A stretch of DNA of 62,497 nt, the filler included. It is 7 parts of 7 records of this genome, joined end to end, with 100 filler letters (N's around TTAATTAATTAA, not from the genome) between each part and the next. Parts side by side here need not be neighbours in the genome. Positions count along the whole stretch, not along the records: positions 47,090 to 57,320 come from SRR31156797_27347; positions 57,421 to 62,497 come from SRR31156797_27491; 5 more parts are not named here. The stretch is one strand, 5' to 3'. The notes beneath the pieces were generated by a model. That model saw only the letters and a list, made by a program, of their open reading frames with translations, ran no database searches and had not been told where the DNA came from. Positions 52,114 to 62,497 of the stretch are shown piece after piece. The stretch's first letter is position 1, and each line of letters starts with the position of its first letter. The translations under genes were made by a program, and so were the position numbers.

Positions 52114-53817
52114 TTATTCCTTGGCGCCTTCCACAAGGGCGATCAGGTCGCCCACAAAGGTTTTCATCTCTCCGGCCTGTGCATTCATCTCCCCGGCGGC
52201 CCCGGCGGACTGTTCGGCGTGGGCCGCATTTTGCTGAACCACCTTGTCCATTTCGCCCACCGCCCTGTTCACCTGATCGATGCCTTGGGCCTGTTCAGTG
52301 GAGGCCGATGCGATTTCGTCCACCAGTTGGCGCACCCGGCCCGTAACCGAGATGTTTTCCTGGAAGGCCTCCTTGGTGGCCGCCGTCAGTTTGTTCCCCA
52401 CATTGACGGCCTTATCGGTGTCCCCGATCAGCACGGCCGTGTTCTTTGCGGATTCGGCGGCACGCATGGCCAAATTTCGGACTTCGTCGGCCACCACGGC
52501 AAATCCGGCGCCCGCTTCCCCGGCCCGGGCGGCCTCCACCGCGGCATTCAACGCCAGAAGATTCGTTTGGAATGCAATCTCATCGATGGTTTTAATGATT
52601 TTCCCGGTTTCTTCACTGGATCGGGTGATGTTTGCAATGGCCCCATCCATGTGGGCCATGTGTTTTTCGACTTTTTCGACGATGTCCTTTGCTTCGCCCA
52701 TCATGATTTTTGCCTGGTCGGCGTTTGTTGCGTTGCTTTTTGTCATGGCGGACATCTCTTCCAGGGAGGACGAGGTTTCCTCAAGGGCCGCCGCCTGCTC
52801 GGATGCCCCTTCGGCAAGGGCCTGGCTGGAGGAGGCAACCTGTTCCGTGGCATGGAAGACTTGCTCGGCCCCTGAATTGACCCCATGGATCACAGCATTG
52901 ATTCTGCCTACGATTTTTTTGATGGAGATGAATGCGTAGGCCGATCCCATGAAAAGAGCCGCCAGTATGGCGCCGAAGATCATCTGAAGCGAAAACCGGG
53001 ATTGATCTTTGAGGATCTGAACGCTCATTTGAGAGAACTCGCCGCAAGTTCTGTTGAGGTTGTCACTGTAGGCGTTCATGAGATTGGCATATTTCCCCTG
53101 ATTCATGACCTGGTCTCTGAATTGCGCCACCTTCGATTGATAATTCTGGTTTTGCGCCGCTATCTCCAGGGCGACCGGTCTCAACTGATTGCTGGTCTCC
53201 ACCTTCTTCGTCCACGCCTTGATGCTCTCGTTAAATTTTACGCCGTTTTCTTCAACTCTGCCCCAGTTTTCATCCGTGCTTCTGTTCATATAGGCCATCA
53301 CGATGTTGGTAAAGATTTTCAAGTTGAGAGCCATCTCTTCGATCCACAATTTTCCTGTGTCGATCTTTTCGAGAAGGGGTCTGTATAGGGTCCGTGTCTC
53401 TGAAGCCAATCGACGCTTTACGTTTTCCGATTGTGCATATTCCCCGAGGATTCTTTTATATTGGGTCACCTCCTTTTGGGCTTGGCTCAGTTTTTTCTTC
53501 CCTTCGGCGTCAACGGTCGGGTGATCCTTGATTTTTCCGACCGTCTCCATGGCGCGGTCCAACTGGGCAGCGGCCCCCTTGTAGGCCTTTCCCTCTTTCT
53601 TTTTGTTGCCGCCATACAGCGCCAGGAGGTATTGATCCGTCTCACCTTTTAGAGAGGATACTATTTTCTGAAATTCATTGATATCGCTGTAGAACGCCGT
53701 TACATTCGAAACCCGGGTGAGGCCCAGATACCCCGCTATTCCCACTACCACCATCAATACAAGCATGATTACGATTCCCATTGCAATTCTCTTTCCGAGC
53801 GTTATTGTCAGAGACAT
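52114..53817 (-). CDS. Methyl-accepting chemotaxis protein (helical periplasmic sensor)
   Basis: Two TM helices, [39 protein letters not shown] upstream of the ATG. Confidence 0.94.
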   Translation of the reverse strand: MSLTITLGKRIAMGIVIMLVLMVVVGIAGYLGLTRVSNVTAFYSDINEFQKIVSSLKGETDQYLLALYGGNKKKEGKAYKGAAAQLDRAMETVGKIKDHPTVDAEGKKKLSQAQKEVTQYKRILGEYAQSENVKRRLASETRTLYRPLLEKIDTGKLWIEEMALNLKIFTNIVMAYMNRSTDENWGRVEENGVKFNESIKAWTKKVETSNQLRPVALEIAAQNQNYQSKVAQFRDQVMNQGKYANLMNAYSDNLNRTCGEFSQMSVQILKDQSRFSLQMIFGAILAALFMGSAYAFISIKKIVGRINAVIHGVNSGAEQVFHATEQVASSSQALAEGASEQAAALEETSSSLEEMSAMTKSNATNADQAKIMMGEAKDIVEKVEKHMAHMDGAIANITRSSEETGKIIKTIDEIAFQTNLLALNAAVEAARAGEAGAGFAVVADEVRNLAMRAAESAKNTAVLIGDTDKAVNVGNKLTAATKEAFQENISVTGRVRQLVDEIASASTEQAQGIDQVNRAVGEMDKVVQQNAAHAEQSAGAAGEMNAQAGEMKTFVGDLIALVEGAKE

Positions 53818-54161
53818 GCCTTTTTCCTCCCCGGTATCATGGAATTTAGAACGTGAATCATCTGCGTTAACATCGACATAATTCCGCAAAACTTAAGCGA
53901 AATCTTGGGTAACGGAAATAAGCGGTCATATGGCGGCACCTTAAGCTACACCTTTTCCGTGCCTTCTCCCGTGGGGGATCCCTTGAAGGCCAAATTATAA
54001 CCTCGCCCTCCGGCGCCATTGAACGTTTCAAAACAACCCCCCGCGCCGGATTCAAATGAATCGGAAGTATTGACAATTTCCGACCAACATGCCATGAAGA
54101 CGCATATAAAATTTGCTCGCCTCATCCATGCCTATTCCTCGGAAATGATCGAATATTCAAT

Positions 54162-57320
<3,159 letters not shown>

Positions 57321-57420
57321 NNNNNNNNNNNNNNNNNNNNNNNNNNNNNNNNNNNNNNNNNNNNTTAATTAATTAANNNNNNNNNNNNNNNNNNNNNNNN
57401 NNNNNNNNNNNNNNNNNNNN
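57321..57420. other. Artificial contig linker
   Basis: N44-TTAATTAATTAA-N44. Confidence 0.99.
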
Positions 57421-57422
57421 AC

Positions 57423-57935
57423 AGCTTTAGAGTCCTTGAGGAAACGATAGGCAATGACAAACATAACCTGGAATACAGGGTTCACTCCCTGGGTCTCAAC
57501 TACAGCAGCTTCAGCGGCGCCAGACTGGGCTTTGTTACCGATCTGACCCTTCTCTTCCCATTCATGACCAGTTATGAATCAGAATCCGAAAAGTCCAACA
57601 GCGGCTTCTCCCTGGACTATATGGGATCGGTGGGATGGAGGCTCGATTACACGCCCGTCGCCTTCATCCCCTATGTGGGCTTCCATGCCGACTACGGCTT
57701 CCTTTCAAAAGATCCGGTGGACGATGATGAATCCAACCATATGCTGTCCCTGGGATTCGGAACCGGAGTAAAGGCCGTATACGAGATCTCTGAGGGCAAG
57801 GGGATCTTTCTGGGACTGAGGGGAACCTTCAACTCTGTCGAATTTTCCAGTGCCGATTATGATTCCAGAGAGATCCAGCTTGAGAGGAAATTCACCTTTA
57901 CCCTCAGCAGCGGTTACAGCTGGCGGCCCAGATAA
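57423..57935 (+). CDS. Probable small outer-membrane beta-barrel protein, 5'-truncated
   Basis: Frame is open to the contig edge; alternating amphipathic strands (FIPYVGFHADY, SLGFGTGVKAVY) and aromatic C-terminus SGYSWRPR. Confidence 0.6.
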   Translation, partial: SFRVLEETIGNDKHNLEYRVHSLGLNYSSFSGARLGFVTDLTLLFPFMTSYESESEKSNSGFSLDYMGSVGWRLDYTPVAFIPYVGFHADYGFLSKDPVDDDESNHMLSLGFGTGVKAVYEISEGKGIFLGLRGTFNSVEFSSADYDSREIQLERKFTFTLSSGYSWRPR

Positions 57936-58531
57936 GCGTCGTAAGCGTCCTGCGTATCCACATCCAGGACGACCGAATCATCCTCCCAGGGTATCATGCG
58001 CTGTCCCCCTTTTCCAATCACTGAGGAAGGACTCCTTCCCCGGCCCGATAGCAGCTTATCTCTCCATCCGGGAGGACAGAGGACAGGGTGTCCCGGCAGC
58101 CCTCCGAAACTGGGCCTCACCACCCTGTCCATATCCCGTTCCTCATAAACGGCCCTCAGATGATCGGCTGTGATCATAGGCATATCTATGGGGAGTATAA
58201 AGAAAAAGCCGTCCACAGCGCTCAGGGCTCTCTGCACGGTACTGAGCATCCCCTCCCTGAATCCCGGATTTTCAAGCACTGAGCCGCCAAAGCCCGGCGG
58301 AATCCTTTCCAGAAGCTCCTCGAACCTGTAACCGCCCACCAGCACCGTCTTCCGGCAGCTCGCAGCGGCGCGCAGGGCGTTGTCGAGAAAAGTCAGACCC
58401 TTAACTGTCTTCAGATCCGCCTTCCAGCGGCCCATGCGACTTGAAAAACCGGCCGCGCAAACAATACAGTCGGCATCGAGGGTCAAGTTTTCAGTAAAAA
58501 AGCTTTCACTATTAGATTTTTCCATCCCCAT
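57914..58531 (-). CDS. MocA/MobA-like nucleotidyltransferase
   Basis: CAAGFSSRMGRWK, GMLST, LPIDMP, GHPV, LDVDT; start uncertain. Confidence 0.88.
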   Translation of the reverse strand: MGMEKSNSESFFTENLTLDADCIVCAAGFSSRMGRWKADLKTVKGLTFLDNALRAAASCRKTVLVGGYRFEELLERIPPGFGGSVLENPGFREGMLSTVQRALSAVDGFFFILPIDMPMITADHLRAVYEERDMDRVVRPSFGGLPGHPVLCPPGWRDKLLSGRGRSPSSVIGKGGQRMIPWEDDSVVLDVDTQDAYDAYLGRQL

Positions 58532-58562
58532 AGGCTATATTATACACAAGGATCGGAATGAA

Positions 58563-59540
58563 ATGACAGTTAGTGAATTCTGCGAACATATTCTTAAAGA
58601 AGACAATTATATCATCACCTGCCACGAAGCACCTGACGGGGATGCCATCGGTTCTGAAATCGTGATGTTCAGCATCCTCAGGTATTTGAATAAAAACTGC
58701 CGGATTATTAATTCGGATCCCACTGAGCATAAATACTCATACATGGACCTGAATAGCGATATCACCAGGATCGGACCGGATGAAAAGCTGCCATTCCGTC
58801 CGGAGGAGACAATACTGATCGTGCTGGATACGGAGCCCAGCAATATCGGCCATCTGGGAGAAAGGCTCAATACGGATACGGTGCGCCAGGTTCTGGTGGT
58901 AGACCACCACGACTATGAGGACCAGATCCCCTTCGAAGGTCTGTTTATTCCGAACGCTTCATCTACCTGCGAGATTCTGTACGAAGTCCAGCAGCACTTC
59001 ACCATTCCCTTCTTCGACCCCCTTACTGAGGCGATGTTCACGGGAATCGTTTACGACACCGGTTCCTTCATCTACCCCAAGACTTCGGCTAAGACCTTTG
59101 AAATCGCCCATCAGCTGGTGCTGAACGGCGCCAGGCCCAATTTCGTCTATTCCAATCTGTACGAAAGCAAATCCACCGAGTCCCTGAAACTGAGGACAAT
59201 GGTGGGCAGCTCCCTCGAACTCCATTTCGACAATCATGTGGCCTTCCAATATATGGATATCGAAACATTGAAGAAGTCGGGAGCGAGTTATGAAGAGTCC
59301 CAGGAGATCGTCAATATTCCCCTCCAGTCCAACGACGTCAGGGTTTCCATTTTCGTGAAGGAAAACGGAGACGGCAAAACCCGCTGCTCCATCAGAACGA
59401 AAAACGAGGTTGACTGCCTGCCGCTGGCTTCTCGATTCGGTGGCGGGGGCCATCCCACGGCGGCAGGATTCAAACTGAGCTCTCCGGTGGAAGATGTTAA
59501 GGCCGAGGTGCTTGCATTCTTCGCCCCCTTTTTTACATAA
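58563..59540 (+). CDS. nrnA: DHH/DHHA1 oligoribonuclease/PAP phosphatase
   Basis: HEAPDGDAIGS, VDHH, SSTCE, YDTGSF, FGGGGHPTAAG. Confidence 0.92.
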   Translation: MTVSEFCEHILKEDNYIITCHEAPDGDAIGSEIVMFSILRYLNKNCRIINSDPTEHKYSYMDLNSDITRIGPDEKLPFRPEETILIVLDTEPSNIGHLGERLNTDTVRQVLVVDHHDYEDQIPFEGLFIPNASSTCEILYEVQQHFTIPFFDPLTEAMFTGIVYDTGSFIYPKTSAKTFEIAHQLVLNGARPNFVYSNLYESKSTESLKLRTMVGSSLELHFDNHVAFQYMDIETLKKSGASYEESQEIVNIPLQSNDVRVSIFVKENGDGKTRCSIRTKNEVDCLPLASRFGGGGHPTAAGFKLSSPVEDVKAEVLAFFAPFFT

Positions 59541-59547
59541 TGAGCGC

Positions 59548-61053
59548 ATGATAAGAATACTCTCACTTCTTCTGACTGCGGCGTTGTTAATGACGTCCTG
59601 CGATCCCGATGAGCAAAGCGACTCCGGTACGGTACCGCGCGTCATCAGCCCCCGGCTGAACGACGGCGCCGATGCGGGAGGCAACGAGACCGTCGGCGAG
59701 GCGACGGATACAAACTACCTGGTTCCCATGATTGACCTCCCCGAGGATGAATACGTCCAGAAAATACAGGACAGCAACCTTGACGAAGACAGTGAAGAGG
59801 AACAGATCATACTGACGAGAGTCAGAATCGATGATAAGGACATACTCCGCCTCTACATAGCTGACTATGACAACGATAATGTCAGATACAGGCGGGCTCT
59901 TGTACAGGACATCAATGCCCAGCAGATGGAAGGACTCAGCGTCCATCTCCAGGATCTGACAGGCGACCAGCTCAACGAGCTGTACATAACCGGTTTCACT
60001 GACGGCGGATTCCATACCATTGACGCCTTTGCCATATCCTCACAATCCAGGGGCCTTGCGTACAGGACGGTGCTCTCCCTAAGCGTAAACGGAACCATCG
60101 ACATCCAGACGAAAACGCGTTCGGAAGCTTATGAGAACGGAGAGAAGACGACCGAAAGCTTCCCCATAATAACCGAAGAAACGAGCACGGAAGACGATGA
60201 CAATCTGGACCTGGTTAAAACCATTTTCAACTGGAACGCATCGGCACGAAAATACCAGCCCTTCTCTGTTGCTAAAATCCCGGGAGTCACCATCAAGGAG
60301 GAGAAATTAAAAAAGCTCTACAGAGGTGATCTGAACGGTTTCAAATCCTTTCTGACCGGTCCCTGGCACAGGGTAAGCGACCTGAACCGCAGAGAGCAGC
60401 CCTTTCTCAATGAAATTCTCTACTTCTATCCCGACGAGGAACAGCTGATCTTCACCGTAGACGATGTCCAGGAGATCTACAGCTGGAAGGATACCTACAG
60501 GACGATCTTTAAGGGTATTTACATTCAGTCGGCCAATATACTGATCAACAGTATCAGAAGGGATGTCTACATCACCGTAGAGGATATGGATTCCATCCGG
60601 ATGAAAATCCAGGGAACCACCGAGTGGGGGGGCTACTACGAACCGGTGAGCCCTACCCTGCAGCAGGAGCTCATCCGCCTGGACAAACTGGAGACCATCG
60701 ACGAACTGACGGCTTTAAGCGGCCTGTTCAAGGGAAGCCGGGGAAACGAAATCTACCTGGATTATCCCTACTTCACCGAGAAAAACTCAGAAGGCGAGAC
60801 GGAGAAAGGTGTGCTCACCTTCTTCGATCTGTACGGAACCGCAGTAATGGAGATGCGCTACCAGAAGGAGAACGGACTCCTGGCCCGAAGAGCCGTCTAC
60901 AGGGCGTCCTTCAGCGAAACGGGAGACAACTCCAGAATCATCAGAACCCTTTCGCTGGAACCCGGATCGCTCAGCGTTTCCGGTTTCAGCAAGGAGCCGG
61001 GAGAGGTCATCCATCTCGAACAGGTGGAGATCAGGGAATCCGGGGAATCCTGA
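59548..61053 (+). CDS. Spirochaetal lipoprotein, pallilysin-related-adhesin-like
   Basis: Lipobox LLMTSC; acidic NLDEDSEEEQII and DLTGDQLNEL repeats; beta-rich body; family assigned from recall only. Confidence 0.6.
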   Translation: MIRILSLLLTAALLMTSCDPDEQSDSGTVPRVISPRLNDGADAGGNETVGEATDTNYLVPMIDLPEDEYVQKIQDSNLDEDSEEEQIILTRVRIDDKDILRLYIADYDNDNVRYRRALVQDINAQQMEGLSVHLQDLTGDQLNELYITGFTDGGFHTIDAFAISSQSRGLAYRTVLSLSVNGTIDIQTKTRSEAYENGEKTTESFPIITEETSTEDDDNLDLVKTIFNWNASARKYQPFSVAKIPGVTIKEEKLKKLYRGDLNGFKSFLTGPWHRVSDLNRREQPFLNEILYFYPDEEQLIFTVDDVQEIYSWKDTYRTIFKGIYIQSANILINSIRRDVYITVEDMDSIRMKIQGTTEWGGYYEPVSPTLQQELIRLDKLETIDELTALSGLFKGSRGNEIYLDYPYFTEKNSEGETEKGVLTFFDLYGTAVMEMRYQKENGLLARRAVYRASFSETGDNSRIIRTLSLEPGSLSVSGFSKEPGEVIHLEQVEIRESGES

Positions 61054-62119
61054 AGCCCTTCAGATCCAGCTTTTTCATGATCTCAGCCGTCTCCGATTCA
61101 TCCCGGGAAAGGAGAATGACCTTATAGACGGCGTCCTCCTCGCTGATCCTGCAATCCAGCCCTTCACGGAGAATGCTGTCACGAAGGCTCCGGGCATTCT
61201 CTCTCTTTCCGAAGGCTCCGACCTGAATATACGCCACAGACGCCTCTCCGGCTGTTTCGTCGGACGATGAAGTCGACGGCCCGGCATCGGAAGCCCCGGC
61301 CTGCGGAGGGCCGATTCCATCCCGCCCCTCTTCACTGTAGGGGGCTTTATCAGCGTCTCCAGAGAGAAGATCGGCCGGAGAGGGCAGAAGGGAGACCCGT
61401 CCGGTCAGAAGATCCGCTTCAAGGCTCTCTGGAAAACGGGACATCAATTGCATCCTGTACTCTTCGGCCTCAGCTCCGAGTCCGTTTCGCCTCAGGCTTC
61501 GGATTAGCAGATAGATCCACTCGGGAGAGTCCAGCAGCCCGGGACGGAGAGCATGAGCCTTTTCCGCCCAGGAAATCAGTTCATCCCGTGACCAGTCATT
61601 ATAAGCAAGGTATAGCAGGAAATCCCCGCTCCCCCCGTCTCCCGGTGTCACAACGGGATCGGAAAGGAGCTCTCCTCTCCCGGGAGGCAGCCTGCCGAAG
61701 ATCCCATCCTCCGGCGCCTGTTTATCGGGAAGCTGCTCCCTATAGCGACGGGAGTCTTTACCCATAAGCTCGCAGAGGGCCAGAGCGTATTCGATCAGAG
61801 CGGCTCTGTCCTCCCCGGGGGGAACGGTGGGGAGATAGCGTTCCAGAAAACCCAGATCCTCTTCTGCCGAACCGGGCATGCGGATAAGATGAAGGAGGGT
61901 GCGGCCGAAACGCCCATCATTACGGTTGGAAAATGCGTCAAGCCAGTCCAGATAAGCCTTTCGGGCCTCATCCGTCCGTCCTTCCCGTTCAAAAGCGCGG
62001 GCCTCGTCCAGCTCATCGGCAGTCAGAGGAGCCGCGACGAATATCAGAGCCGCTATGATACAGAAGAGACTAAAGGATCTCTTTTCCGGCCGATTCACTG
62101 CTGTCCGCATCGGAAACAC
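61031..62119 (-). CDS. SPOR-domain protein with helical/TPR-like N-terminus
   Basis: Signal peptide; LMSRFPESLEA; C-terminal YIQVGAFGKRENA. Confidence 0.82.
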   Translation of the reverse strand: MFPMRTAVNRPEKRSFSLFCIIAALIFVAAPLTADELDEARAFEREGRTDEARKAYLDWLDAFSNRNDGRFGRTLLHLIRMPGSAEEDLGFLERYLPTVPPGEDRAALIEYALALCELMGKDSRRYREQLPDKQAPEDGIFGRLPPGRGELLSDPVVTPGDGGSGDFLLYLAYNDWSRDELISWAEKAHALRPGLLDSPEWIYLLIRSLRRNGLGAEAEEYRMQLMSRFPESLEADLLTGRVSLLPSPADLLSGDADKAPYSEEGRDGIGPPQAGASDAGPSTSSSDETAGEASVAYIQVGAFGKRENARSLRDSILREGLDCRISEEDAVYKVILLSRDESETAEIMKKLDLKGFRIPRIP

Positions 62120-62450
62120 TTGCGGCAGCCTTCTTAACGGCTTTCCGCTTCATCAGTTTATTCTTTTTCTCTGGTGCGGCAAGCGGAGCGGCCTCCGCCG
62201 AGCCCGGCTGTTCGAGTTTCTGCTGCTTCAGCTTTTTCTTCTTCTTCAGACCGCTGCCTATGACAAAAGGGATGACTGACAGGGCACCGAAGATATACAT
62301 CACGAAAAAGCTGATGAAGATGGGAACATCCGTCAGGCGGGCGCTTTCGCTGAACCAGAGATTGATATCCGACGTGTTTCCGAGATTAAGACCGATGAAG
62401 ATAAAGATGAAGATGAGGACGATGATGTACCATATCAATCTGAACGGCAT
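62070..62450 (-). CDS. LapA-like small membrane protein
   Basis: Two TM helices with FIGLNLG..DINLWF..DVP, then a basic tail; AAGGAG RBS. Confidence 0.65.
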   Translation of the reverse strand: MPFRLIWYIIVLIFIFIFIGLNLGNTSDINLWFSESARLTDVPIFISFFVMYIFGALSVIPFVIGSGLKKKKKLKQQKLEQPGSAEAAPLAAPEKKNKLMKRKAVKKAAASVSDADSSESAGKEIL

Positions 62451-62469
62451 GGGCGACTCCTTTTATCCT

Positions 62470-62494
62470 ACCAAGGCTCCACCGGAGCCTTGGT
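62470..62494. terminator. Perfect 11-bp stem-loop
   Basis: ACCAAGGCTCC-ACC-GGAGCCTTGGT. Confidence 0.5.
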
Positions 62495-62497
62495 GAT

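Noticed and set aside
53890-54070. c-di-GMP riboswitch in the MCP leader
   Set aside because: Hairpins exist (TCCGGCGC/GCGCCGGA) but the GGCAAA...GCAAA core motifs are absent

Overview
This window is not one locus. It is seven unrelated contigs joined by 100-nt artificial linkers (N44-TTAATTAATTAA-N44) at 12187-12286, 19632-19731, 28378-28477, 41487-41586, 46990-47089 and 57321-57420. Taxonomic labels below are inferred from gene content and composition. (1) 1-12186, Desulfobacterota-like: Mo-cofactor genes, tolQRAB and a non-Pal lipoprotein, then an AT-rich accessory patch. The patch holds an ~819-aa metallophosphoesterase + beta-rich domain + GAF-like gene split in frame by a complete 1593-bp IS (12-bp TIRs, 8-bp target duplication). 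It also holds a tightly coupled 45-aa acidic ORF missing from the ORF track, IS21-like and IS1182-like remnants, and an integron-type attC with its cassette gene. (2) 12287-19631, Desulfobacterota-like: P1B ATPase, saccharopine/lysine dehydrogenase, polar amino-acid ABC transporter, Fe-S protein and PadR with a perfect 29-bp palindrome. (3) 19732-28377, low-GC anaerobe: MCP, a flavin ene-reductase/SDR operon opposite an IclR gene, two SBPs and a LacI regulator. (4) 28478-41486, Bacteroidales-like housekeeping genes (rdgB, porZ, recO, amrB-amrA fusion, cysQ, dCMP deaminase, S41 peptidase). (5) 41587-46989: racemase, two-component system and TRAP transporter. (6) 47090-57320, Desulfobacterota-like: sensor kinases, ppsA and an MCP. 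(7) 57421-62497, spirochaete-like: nrnA, pallilysin-like lipoprotein and SPOR protein. The best candidate for an undescribed system is the phosphoesterase-beta-GAF gene with its small acidic partner. All product calls come from motif recognition by eye; no database searches were run.
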